The translations under genes were made by a program, and so were the position numbers. Positions 11,176 through 21,200 of a DNA stretch of 64,000 nt are shown piece after piece (the first letter of the stretch is position 1; every line of letters begins with the position of its first letter). The stretch is from Bdellovibrionota bacterium (lineage in GTDB: Bacteria > Bdellovibrionota_G > JALEGL01 > DATDPG01). The notes below the pieces were generated by a model that had not been told where the DNA came from, searched no databases, and saw nothing but the letters and a program-made list of their open reading frames with translations. The stretch lies in assembly GCA_963668355.1 (NCBI GenBank), contig OY764265.1, positions 1,760,001 through 1,824,000 of the forward strand. The letters are read 5' to 3'.

Positions 11176-11402
11176 ATGGGGTGAGTGATCCGTCTTTGTT
11201 CTTCGAATTACGCCGGGATGCAAGGGATTCACGCGCTCTCGCGCGTAGACCTGTTTGGAGTGAGTTCGCCCACCCGCTTTGCGGGTTCCCGGTCATCTCC
11301 GAGCGAACGAATCCCTTCTTTGTGATTCGCGCTCGACGTCTCGCACTCATTTTTATAGAAGTCCCCCTCATTTTTGTTTTTGGATTTTAAAGAGGAGAAA
11401 AA
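11176..11402 (-). repeat. tRNA-His-linked structured element ending in a copy of the tRNA 3' end
   Basis: 13-bp direct repeat ATGGGGTGAGTGA at 11176-11188 and 11402-11414; internal AAGGGATTC/GAATCCCTT inverted pair and GC hairpins. Confidence 0.65.
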
Positions 11403-11480
11403 TGGGGTGAGTGAAGGGATTCGAACCCTCGACCCCCAGGGCCACAACCTGGTGCTCTAACCAACTGAGCTACACCCACC
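11403..11480 (-). tRNA. tRNA-His (GTG), including G-1
   Basis: Reverse strand (G)GTGGGTG..CACTCAC-C-CCA; anticodon arm CCAGG-TTGTGGC-CCTGG. Confidence 0.97.
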
Positions 11481-11542
11481 ATCGGTAGGGGTGGCGTTTT
11501 ACCTGGTTTTTCAAAAAATGCAAAAGGGGAAAAGGGGGAGGT

Positions 11543-14437
11543 TTAGGTGTGAGAGGTGTTCCTGGAAAGCCTGATTTTAAGGGTGTTTCCGACGAGGAAG
11601 ATGAGGGCAAGGAGAAGGCCTCCCGGAAAACGGCGGCTTTGGCATCCTCCGCCGGGGACGGCGGTTTCCAGCGTGACTCTGGAAAAGTGATGTACGGTGA
11701 CATGAAACGTTCCGCTGTCTTCGTCAAAATACCAGTATCCGTGAGGGTTGAGGTCGTCGGTTTCTCCCGCTTGCACTTCGGTGAGTCTGTCGCCGTTTAA
11801 GTGAATGGCGGTTTGGCCGGAAATATATCCGGTTGCGGGAGGAGCGAGTTCAAAGCTTAGCGGATCATTGAGTTGATGGACCACGGAGCCGGCTTCATTG
11901 CCATTAAGAACCACCATCGCGACATCAAAAGAAAGAGAGCGTTGGACCTGGGCATAGGTTCGAATCACCAAGCCTAAATTGGTCGAAGAAACGAGTTGGC
12001 CTCTTTCATTTCGGGCGGATGGGAATTGATTCAAATTCGGAAATCTCAGATTAAAGTCCTTGGTGTCGATTTCGACTTCTTCAATTCGAGAATTTTTCTG
12101 TGCGTGTCCCACATTGAGGTGAGCTTGAGCGCTGATGACCTCGGAATCCGAGATGGGTTCAAAAATTTCAGATTGAACATGGAATGGATAGTCTTCCGTG
12201 AGTTCGGTGAGTGTGTTGAGAACCTCTTCGCTCAACGTCTCCATGTCGCGCCAATTGGTTTCAAGGTCCAGAACATTTAACTCTTCAGAGGCGAGGGGCG
12301 GAGAAATCACGAAGGTTGAAAAGTCGGTGGTTTCTAAGGTTTCGTGTTGAACATTTTTTGCAGAAATTCGCCAAGAATAGGACCCTTGAGAAAAAACCAG
12401 GGGACAATTCCAAACCACGGTTTCTCCTTCGTCTTCCATTGTTACGTCTGTTGCAGTGACGTTTCGTTGAAGATCCTTAGCGGGGCCTCGCGCTTCAAAA
12501 ACATAGTACGTGGCTTGGGAGAGAGATGACCACTTGAACGTCACGACTCCTTGTTGGCTGGTGCTTTCGTGGGAAGGAGAAGCCAATTCCAATATTTCCT
12601 CTTCGCTCGAAGGAATCGTGGGTGTGGGCGTTGGGGTTGGTGTGGGTGTGGGTTCCGGTTCTTCTTCGACCTCTTCCGCAACTTCGATGGAAAACGTTGG
12701 CAAAGCGGTGGTTTCTTTTCCATCGGTGACTCGAATGATGATGTTTTCGTAGATTCCAATGTCTTGAGAATCTGGAGTGCCGGCCAAAGCACCATTCTCG
12801 AAGCTGAAATTGGCCCAACTGGGTTGTCCGGAAATGGAAAACTCCAAATCATCTTCGTCTTCATCCCCACTGGTCGGAGTGAACGCATAGGCCTCACCGG
12901 GTGCAATCGTGGTGGTGGGACTCCCAGAAATCGTGGGCGCGTGATTGGGGGTCGTGGTGGTTGAGGTCGAAACCGTGAGGCTAGCAATGACGGGGTCCAA
13001 GATGGGAATGTTGAACGCGCTTGAAAATTCGCCTTCTTCCGTGGGGGCCGATTGAACGGTCAGCGTGCAGCTTTCTTCTGGGGCCAGTACGGTTTCCGAA
13101 CAGGTATCCGCAGTCAGACTGAAAGGAGCTTCCAATGAGGTCGCGGCACCGACTGCTCCCAATTCAACATTACTCTCGGAGTGATTGGTCACGAGAACAT
13201 TCTCGGAAACGGTTTCTCCGACGCCCGCAGCCAAGTAAACCGAACTGGAAGAAAGCTCAATGGGGGGGGTGATAACGCTTACGGTAAAGGAACCTTGGGC
13301 ATTGCTGGAAGGGTCTGCATCATCCACAACCGTAAGCGTGTACGTTGCAATATCCCCAAGGTTTGCGTCTGCGGGAATTCGAATGCTCATGGGGACTGTT
13401 TGAAACCCCATGGAGGAGAGGGTGACCGAGTTTGTGTCGACCGTGTAATTCCATTCGGTGGTGGATTGCGTTTGAATGGAAAAGGTTTTTTGAGATCCGG
13501 ATAAGTTTTGAACGACAAAACTGGTTTCCAAAGTTTGTCCGGCGAAGTTTTCTTCGTCACCGGGGGGCATAATCTGGGTAACGCCCCCCGACGACCATTG
13601 TTCGAAGGAAACAATTCGCCATGTTTCGCCGGGAGCTAAACTACTTCGTTTCCATTGAAGGTAGTAACCGGCGTCACGATAATTTGTGTCGGCAAAATCG
13701 GGAAGGTCAGTTCCGTTGGTGGCTTCACTGTTTCCGGTGTTGTATTGCCCTCCGAAATAGTGCGCCGCAGGCGTAGCGGGGTGTGCATAGAACCCCATGA
13801 GAGCGGTGTCCGTGACATTGGAGTTACTCAGATAGATCATTTCCAAGTCATCATTGTAAAAAGCGTTGGCGCTATCGTTTCCGCCAAAATACGTGTCACC
13901 TCCGTGGAATAGATTCAATCCCTCATAGGTGGTTTCGCTCAAGTTTTCGAGGGTGAAGGTCTTTTCGTAGAAGCGGTTTCCGTTGGAGTATTCCATGGTG
14001 GTTGTGATTCGGAGGTCACCATTATTTATGGTGGCGACAGAAACCAATCGATTCCCATTTTCAATGCTGATGCTCACGGGCGTGAATCCACCGCCCCTAT
14101 AACTACTCTTGCTCATTACATACGGGGAGGTGGAGAAAAAGACGCTTCCAAAGGCATCTTCGGAATAATACTGGCGCGTATATCCTCCCCGACTATCTTG
14201 ATAAAGCCAAACGGCGGGAGTTCCGTCATCTGCCAACCCCACAACCAAAGGATCCCCGACAAGAAATTTCCAGTTGAGGTTCGAGTTGCAGGAACTCCCA
14301 ATGCCCTCATTGCTACTTAGACTGCTGATGGAGTCATAGGTGACCAGAGAATCGGCCCAAACATGAGAAGAAAGGATAAAGCATACCCAGATGACGCCAA
14401 GACATCTTGAAGCCAGGCGTATGCTAAATCCTTTCAT
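11543..14437 (-). CDS. Large surface protein: Ig-like domains, PT linker, C-terminal MYXO-CTERM-like signal (start 14437 or 14464)
   Basis: Signal peptide ending HVWA; APTISGSP..Y.FTP..D.D.L.FSI...PSW putative Ig domain; (PT)n linker; C-terminus GGGCQS + hydrophobic stretch + basic tail. Confidence 0.8.
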   Translation of the reverse strand: MKGFSIRLASRCLGVIWVCFILSSHVWADSLVTYDSISSLSSNEGIGSSCNSNLNWKFLVGDPLVVGLADDGTPAVWLYQDSRGGYTRQYYSEDAFGSVFFSTSPYVMSKSSYRGGGFTPVSISIENGNRLVSVATINNGDLRITTTMEYSNGNRFYEKTFTLENLSETTYEGLNLFHGGDTYFGGNDSANAFYNDDLEMIYLSNSNVTDTALMGFYAHPATPAAHYFGGQYNTGNSEATNGTDLPDFADTNYRDAGYYLQWKRSSLAPGETWRIVSFEQWSSGGVTQIMPPGDEENFAGQTLETSFVVQNLSGSQKTFSIQTQSTTEWNYTVDTNSVTLSSMGFQTVPMSIRIPADANLGDIATYTLTVVDDADPSSNAQGSFTVSVITPPIELSSSSVYLAAGVGETVSENVLVTNHSESNVELGAVGAATSLEAPFSLTADTCSETVLAPEESCTLTVQSAPTEEGEFSSAFNIPILDPVIASLTVSTSTTTTPNHAPTISGSPTTTIAPGEAYAFTPTSGDEDEDDLEFSISGQPSWANFSFENGALAGTPDSQDIGIYENIIIRVTDGKETTALPTFSIEVAEEVEEEPEPTPTPTPTPTPTIPSSEEEILELASPSHESTSQQGVVTFKWSSLSQATYYVFEARGPAKDLQRNVTATDVTMEDEGETVVWNCPLVFSQGSYSWRISAKNVQHETLETTDFSTFVISPPLASEELNVLDLETNWRDMETLSEEVLNTLTELTEDYPFHVQSEIFEPISDSEVISAQAHLNVGHAQKNSRIEEVEIDTKDFNLRFPNLNQFPSARNERGQLVSSTNLGLVIRTYAQVQRSLSFDVAMVVLNGNEAGSVVHQLNDPLSFELAPPATGYISGQTAIHLNGDRLTEVQAGETDDLNPHGYWYFDEDSGTFHVTVHHFSRVTLETAVPGGGCQSRRFPGGLLLALIFLVGNTLKIRLSRNTSHT

Positions 14438-14452
14438 GATGAATGAGGAAAG

Positions 14453-14485
14453 AGCAGTTTTCATGCCGAATCTAAGTGCTTGAAA
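14453..14485 (-). promoter_or_regulatory. Sigma54-type promoter with IHF-like site
   Basis: Minus strand CGGCATGAAAACTGCT (GG-N10-GC) preceded by TTTCAA-GCAC-TTA. Confidence 0.5.
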
Positions 14486-14642
14486 ATACGTGGTCGTTTC
14501 TCGTCTTTGAGCCAAAGGGGAGGTGTTTTTGACTTCATTGGACCGTGGCGGGCCGAGTTTTTTTGACCCCGAGAAGTCATTTCTACCCCACGAAAGCCAC
14601 GAGTTGCGTTTTAGAAACGTACGATTATGATGCAGCGCCTGC

Positions 14643-14719
14643 GCGCCTGTAGCTCAGCTGGATAGAGCATCGGCCTTCTAAGCCGAGGGTCAGGGGTTCG
14701 AGTCCCTTCAGGCGCGCCA
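14643..14719 (+). tRNA. tRNA-Arg (TCT)
   Basis: GCGCCTG..CAGGCGC-G-CCA; anticodon arm TCGGC-CTTCTAA-GCCGA. Confidence 0.97.
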
Positions 14720-14924
14720 TTTTTCATTTAGGGCCCTTTCGGGCCAACACGACCCAATTCTTCCCCGCGAGGATCGGGCGGAGTGGAGGTGTGGGGGAAA
14801 CGCAGCCCGATCCGAGCGGTATTTGGAATAGCTACAAAAACACCAATTATTTCAAACCTTTCCATGTATTTGTGCGCCGCGTTATTTTGTGCTATTCAAC
14901 TTCCCAAACAGCCCCTGAGATTAA

Positions 14925-16706
14925 ATGACTACCTTCAACAGCAAAAAGTTTCTGATCATTGTTTTCGGTCTACTTCTGTTTACTCCAAACCTTTTCGCGA
15001 ATTCACTGGAAGAGCGCCGAATGGAAAAAATGCTAGCCCAAGCCATGAGCGTTTTTCCTTCTTACGATTTCCCACCGACAATTGAACCTGTCACCTGTGG
15101 AGATCGAATCAGAGGATTCTTTTCCAGCCTTTTTAATCTCCAACCTACATCCGGAGACATAACTCGCGCGCAACTAAGAGCCATCGGCGTAATGAAGGAA
15201 CTTGGAAACCCGGAAGCCTTTGAAGTACTCATGCGTGCTTCAAGGTTCGGAGACGGAATTGTTGGATCAAAACACTCGTCGGTCGTTCAATGGGCAGCAC
15301 GTGAAGCCCTCTTCGAAATCATGCCTCAGTTATCACCAGACCAAAGGATTCAATATAGAGATGCACTCGGAAATCAACGGGAGCGACTCTACAATTTTCA
15401 TCTTTTGCCAAACGACACTCTTGGCCCCTCTGGACAAGATGCCATCAACCGCATGGATCATCTAATAAATTTAGTCGAGGAAACACTTGCTGATCTAGCT
15501 GGCGTGCCCGCCACGACTTCTTCAACCTCATGCTGGTTGTTAAATTATGAAGAGGCAGGAGAAGGCCTCCTTCTTTTTCCAACCGAGTTTCTGCGCGGAG
15601 CCGCTAGAATTGCTACAGAAGAACCTCTTAAAGCCCCTACGAGAATAATCGGTGGATTGTTTATCTCGGGAAAAGCTGCTGTTGTTGATTTCATTCCAAA
15701 TGTCGGTGGACTATTCACAGCCGGAGCGTACGGAAATAGCGGACACCACCTGGGAGAAAGTATCGCAAACGAAGTTGTCTGGGCCGTACCTGCAATAAAG
15801 TTCGGACGACGCGTCCCTGGATATTGGAAGGATGGCGCAACATACTTTCGTACCGGATTTACGCCTGGAAGAATCGATCAATTGATTATGTTTAAGCATG
15901 ATTTTTTCGCTCAAGTTTACCCCATGCGTACGTTTGCTCCATTCATTCGCGAGAAATTCCTTGGAACTGAGCATGCAAATCTAACCACAAAGCTTTTCGA
16001 GACAACTGAAAACCTGATGACGAGATTTGAAGGATACGATAAGGCCTGCGCGGAATTGAGAAGACAAGGAGACTATAGAGGTGCCCAACGACTTTTATGT
16101 GAAATGGGTGATGAATTGGGCCCAGAGCTAGAGCAGCTTAATTCTATGGTAACAAACACAAAGGAAGCCATTGCTGTCCCTGAATTTGTTTCAATCTTGG
16201 AACAAGAAGAGAGCATGCTCAGGAACGCCATCGACCTTTTGAGTGAATTTAAAGGAAACGAAGTTTCGGGAGGAGTCATCCGATCTTTAGAGACTGAACT
16301 GAGAACGTTTCAAAAAAATTACGAAACTCGTGAGCGAGAAAGTGTGAGAATGAACCTTGCTCTATCCGATTCTCCTTACAATGTTCAACTTGAGTCATTG
16401 GCGTTTCGTCGAGTTCTCTTCAATCTTGTCAAAAATGCAGAAGAAGCCGGTGCTGATCAAATTACGATCCGTACCATCCTTAAGCACGATCATGTTCTTT
16501 TGATTGTCGAAGACAATGGATCGGGAATGACTCCCGAGGTGCTTAGACAAGCATTTGATATGGATTTTTCAACTAAGAATCGTGGCAGTGGGCAAGGCCT
16601 AGCAAGTGTCAAAAATAGCGTCGAATCCATGAAAGGCACAATCAAAGTCGCCAGCGAACCAAATGTCGGAACAACATTTACAATGTCGTTTCCCATTCGG
16701 CAATAG
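14925..16706 (+). CDS. Signal-peptide protein with C-terminal histidine-kinase-type ATPase (HATPase_c) domain
   Basis: Signal peptide ending NLFA; N box VLFNLVKNAEEA, G1 VEDNGSGM, F box AFDMDFSTK, G2 GSGQGLA, GTTF; degenerate H-box candidate FKHDF. Confidence 0.8.
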   Translation: MTTFNSKKFLIIVFGLLLFTPNLFANSLEERRMEKMLAQAMSVFPSYDFPPTIEPVTCGDRIRGFFSSLFNLQPTSGDITRAQLRAIGVMKELGNPEAFEVLMRASRFGDGIVGSKHSSVVQWAAREALFEIMPQLSPDQRIQYRDALGNQRERLYNFHLLPNDTLGPSGQDAINRMDHLINLVEETLADLAGVPATTSSTSCWLLNYEEAGEGLLLFPTEFLRGAARIATEEPLKAPTRIIGGLFISGKAAVVDFIPNVGGLFTAGAYGNSGHHLGESIANEVVWAVPAIKFGRRVPGYWKDGATYFRTGFTPGRIDQLIMFKHDFFAQVYPMRTFAPFIREKFLGTEHANLTTKLFETTENLMTRFEGYDKACAELRRQGDYRGAQRLLCEMGDELGPELEQLNSMVTNTKEAIAVPEFVSILEQEESMLRNAIDLLSEFKGNEVSGGVIRSLETELRTFQKNYETRERESVRMNLALSDSPYNVQLESLAFRRVLFNLVKNAEEAGADQITIRTILKHDHVLLIVEDNGSGMTPEVLRQAFDMDFSTKNRGSGQGLASVKNSVESMKGTIKVASEPNVGTTFTMSFPIRQ

Positions 16707-16734
16707 TCCAAGTATTTTCCTTTCTTTCGGGCGT

Positions 16735-17250
16735 TTAACTTGTTTCAATTTTTCGGTTATCAAATTCTTCTAACCACCGCTTTATCTCTGTTAAATCAGA
16801 TTCAATTCGATCAGGCTGAAAAATTGACGATGGCTGTTCGTCTGGTGGAAGATGCTTATCTTTTGAGTAGGAAGTCATCCAACCATCTATAAGCCCACAA
16901 TCCCTAATCGACACTTTGGCAATTGTTCCAAGCTTGCCTTTAGTTTGTATGTCCATTCTAAACCGGCCAACAACGTCAGCTAAAAGAACCTGTTCAACAA
17001 TACGTTCAATTGTATTTCTGACATCCGTACACAATGCTTTAGCCAGCACTGAATATTCTGAAAGCCCTTTCTCCTCTAAACATTTTCTCGCTTGAGGAAC
17101 TTTTTCATTCAGCAATACATTTATGGCTTTTTTCGGTTTCAATTTTGTTATTTCACTCGCGTTGGGTTCGCCCGCTCCCCAACTCTCTCTTGTGACATTT
17201 ACTACATGAACGTCCAAACCTAAATTCCCTGCCTTCTTCTGCAAGCCAGT
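16735..17250 (-). pseudogene. C-terminal remnant of an AAA/SMC-like ATPase of the kind seen in mobile/defence islands
   Basis: WGAGEP..AKALCTDVRNTIERIVEQVLLADVVGRFR..GKL..IAK....DC.LID..MT.YS..H..P.RIE.D...W..EF resembles that family's C-terminus (from recall); no Walker A, N-terminus missing. Confidence 0.55.
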
Positions 17251-17253
17251 ATT

Positions 17254-17306
17254 GGTGCCAGGCGTATTTCTGCAATATGTCGCATTACAAAAATACGCCT
17301 GGCACC
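17254..17306. repeat. REP-like palindrome
   Basis: GGTGCCAGGCGTATTT (17254-17269) / AAATACGCCTGGCACC (17291-17306), with a partly paired loop. Confidence 0.75.
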
Positions 17307-17317
17307 TGAACATAGTC

Positions 17318-17779
17318 CTATTTCGTTGAATGCGGAAACCGAATCCCGTATGGATTGCTACCATCTTCTGGAGTTGCTCTCTCTCCGAATCGTTTTTGAT
17401 CGGCAGCTCGAAGGTCGTCGATCTGTTTTTGTCGCTCAGCCGCTTCACCCACTCGCTCAGCTTCTCCTGCGTAAGATTGCTCTTTATAGTCTTCAATATC
17501 ATCGGGTGAAGCACTTCGGGGTTCCGTTCTACCTAACACTTCATCTCTCTTACGAAGAGCTTCTTCAATTCGTTCTTTTGAAACTCTTCTTCCGCGTATA
17601 ATGATTTCTTTTCCGACTTCAATATTCCCTGGTCCTAACACAATGCTAGGTTCTTCACCTTTCACGCCAATTGAAATCGTGCCATCATCTTCATCCACAC
17701 CAAATTCGATATCGTCATCGCCTTCTCCAGCGGCCGCACCATCTTCTTCACCGGAACTATTCGAGATCTGAAACCGGTC
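17318..17779 (-). pseudogene. Acidic hypothetical ORF fragment (frame open upstream of GTG 17698 with no start codon)
   Basis: Frame open from 17779 (DRFQISNSSGEEDGAAAGEGDDDIEFGVDEDDG..); protein-like composition continues upstream of the only start. Confidence 0.4.
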
Positions 17780-18256
17780 CTAATGTTTTTGGAGTGTGAC
17801 GCCGGAAGGAGCGTCGCTCAGAGTAGTTATTGTTTTTAGCCATAAGTCCTCGAGTTTTTCGCTTCAGTCTTCATGGATTTGTTAAGGGGTTCACCTTTTA
17901 GAGATCCTTGGATATTCCTCCGAATTTTTTTGAAGAAAAGAAAATTCGATCTTTCAAAGATTTTCACAAAAGCGAAATTTTCGTGACAAGAGTAGAGAAA
18001 TTCTTCTAGGGCCGACGAGCAAGCCTTCAAAAGCCAACGGGCGGGAAAATTCCAACACAATGAGGATTTCGTGGATGGTTTGAAAAAAATTGAAGCGTAT
18101 GAACGTTTCCTCCGTAACGGCGTCGCTTCGAAGTATTTAAAAAGATTGTAAAAGGGGTGGCTGGAAGGACTCCTTTTGGATATCCTTCCGAAATTCAAGG
18201 GGAAATGTTCAGGTTGTCGAGCATTTTGAGATGTATGTTGATGCAGGGGAAGGGTC

Positions 18257-21200
18257 ATGAAATCAAGTTTAAGTATGTTCTTAGTCGGTCTTTTTTCTCT
18301 TTTTTTCTTTAATGCTCATGCAGCACCGGTGGCGGATTTGAATCTTTCGGCCACCGCCTCTCCATTATATGGCGACAACGTTACGATTACGTTGACCTTT
18401 GATAATACCGATGCGACTGACACGGGGTACTACCCCATCATGCGCTTTGTCCTTCCTCCAGAGCTGGCTTACAGCAGTGTGGATGATTGCGGAGGATTGG
18501 GCACGCCAACCATCACACAAGACAACTCAGATCCTGGAACCGATCCCTATACGGGTGAAGAAATCACTCTGGCAGCGGGTGAGACGTTGATTGTGGTTAA
18601 GCCTTTGGTGGGGCAGATCACACCGGATCAACCCAATGTGGTTTGTCAGGTCACGGCCACGGCGGCTAGCCAAACCGTTTTTGAGACTGATCAGATCACG
18701 GGCGGTCGGGCCATTTTTGTTTTGGGAGGAGATCCAGGTGGTGTGGCGGACGTCTGTGGAGGCGCGGGCGATACAATTTGTTCCACCGTGCAGACTGCGG
18801 ATGTGACCCCGACCTTATTCACTTTGAGCAAGTCTTTGAGTCAGCCAAGGCCTTCTGGAACGGGGCCAGAGTTTCCAGTGGATTTCACGGTGGCGGGAAG
18901 TTTGGCCTCGGGTCAAACCCTCAATAATGTATCCATTTCGGATGTAATTCCGGATGAAATTGTCCTGACGCCAGCTGACCCTGGGGATTGTAGTACATTC
19001 ACCATGAGTCCGGCTCCGACTACATGCGTGTACACGCCTGATGCTACAGCCACTAGCGGTGGCACGATCGCGTTAACCTATGCGACGCTCAATGCGAATA
19101 CGTCTCTTGAATACACGGGGTATATTCCTGAAACCGATGATGCAAGTGCAGCCGTAATCAATGCGACTACGGGCGCCACCACCACGAGTCAGAACTTAGC
19201 TTCGGCTGACGCGGATGAGTTCCCGTCAGCACAAACCGACCAAGTGACCATCAATCATCGGTCTGTGGATTTAACGAAATCTGTGGCCAACACCAATGAC
19301 CTTGGTGGGAGTGGGAACACGCCGGGAGATACGCTTACCTACACGCTTCGGTTTTCGGTTTCGGACTACTTTCAAATTCAAAACATTACAATCGATGACA
19401 CGATTGGCGATGGACAATTTTATGTAAATGACTCGCTCAATGTGGCGGTTCGTGAGAACGGATCAACCACCAATGTGAACGAACCCAACGCAACGGCTCA
19501 GGGCCATTATTCGCATACCTATAATGCAGGGGATGGCACGACTGATTTAGCGTTGGATCTCGGTGGCATTTTGGGTGATGCGTTCTTTGGTTTCGCTGAC
19601 TCGGTTCTTTCGGGTGATGACACGCATGGCTCGGGTTCATCCACCTTGGTGACCATTACGTACGAAACGACCATTCTGGACGATTATGTTTCTGATCCAG
19701 GTTCTGGAGACACCTCTGTAGATGCCAGCGACGACTTGGTCAATAACGTGAACTCTTTGGAGTTTGATATCGTGGGGGGCGATGTAGATGTGACGCGCAC
19801 CGCGAGTGCTACGGCCACGATTGCGGCGATTACGAGCGTGACAAAAGAAATCTCTCATTTAAATGGCGGGGCTCCCGGTGCGGCCCCGGTGCATATTTCG
19901 GCAGGCGATACAGTAACCTACAAGATCACGACGGTGATTCCGGGCGGTGATGCCGAGGATATGAAGATCACGGACTTTCTACCGCGGCCGCTATTTACCT
20001 CGGCACCTTGTCCCTCCTATAATGCTTCCAACCCTCCTGCAGTTGGCAATTGGACGTTTGGTACAAATGATTCGGGTGTAGCTTCAGGTTCGATTGCCGT
20101 ATCCTGTTCGACCACCAACAACAGCATTGAATTTGCTTTCCCTGATTTTGATGTGGCAGGAGGAAGCAGCGGAACCGTGGAAATCTATTTCACGGTGACA
20201 GCTCAGAATGAGCCTATTCAAGATGGTTTGCTTCAAGTGAACTTGGCTCAACTTACCTACAACGACAGTACGAATACGGCGGCGGCGACCGCGGTGGCCA
20301 CACAAAGCTTTGTGGGGGACGCTCCAGAACTGAGCGTCTCGAAAAATGCAACCTTGGTCAGTGGCAATTCCAGCATCAGCGATGGTGATGTCAGTGAGGC
20401 CGAAGGTTCAGAGGAAATTACGTTTGAAGTGGACATCGAGAACACCGGTGCGGAGACAGCTTTTGATGTGGAGTTAACCGACACGTTGCCAGCGGGATTT
20501 GGGCCTCCTTCAGGCGGTGCTTGTTCGGGGGCTGCATGCAGTTATGCGATATCCCTAAGCGCAGACTGTAATAATGGTGGAGCATCGACTCCGGATACCA
20601 CGACCGATGTCGATCAGGATGAAATCAAAATTACCGACATGCAAATTGCGGCAGGGGATACGTGCACGGTTACGTACACCCTAAAATTGGATTCCACGGT
20701 TGTCTGGGGGAGTGAAATTACTAACACAGCTACGGTGAGATTTGCTTCCGAGCTGGGTGGTTCAGATTTTTCTCCTGCCACGGACAGTTCGAACGTAACC
20801 ATTGATGAGCCTTCTGCTACGATCGCGGTTTCTCAACCTTCGGGTGAAGTTGGGGACTCGATTACCTATTCGATTACGGTCGACCTTCCTCAGGGACAAA
20901 GCTCCAGTTTTAGTGTGACGGCACAAGAGCGCACGGCTGATTTCTGGGGGACTTTGGACGTTTCTGATTTCTCCGTTGCAATGACGGGTGGTCTTTCTGG
21001 GGCGGGACCCTTTTGTTCTACATCCGATACCGATCTTTGTTTCACCAACGACCCAACCGCCACTGGGTCCCAAAGTGTCAATACAACATTTTTTCTCATG
21101 AACCTGGGAGCCACTTCCAATGTGAACACCGATTTTGGTGCCCACACGTTTACGCTTGAAATCACGGCGCAGGTTCTTCAGGAGGTTACGGGAAATCATA

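Noticed and set aside
11130..11447. Short ORFs (86, 65 and 72 aa) around tRNA-His
   Set aside because: They overlap the tRNA or the structured repeat, with no RBS or protein-like features
16735..17514. 259-aa ORF as an intact gene
   Set aside because: Its N-terminal third overlaps another ORF out of frame and reads through a palindrome; only the last 170 aa or so look like a real protein
14643..18250. Intact prophage or integrative element at tRNA-Arg
   Set aside because: No integrase and no duplicate of the tRNA-Arg 3' end found by eye
17836..18258. 140-aa minus-strand ORF
   Set aside because: Low-information translation of the giant gene's upstream region; no motifs
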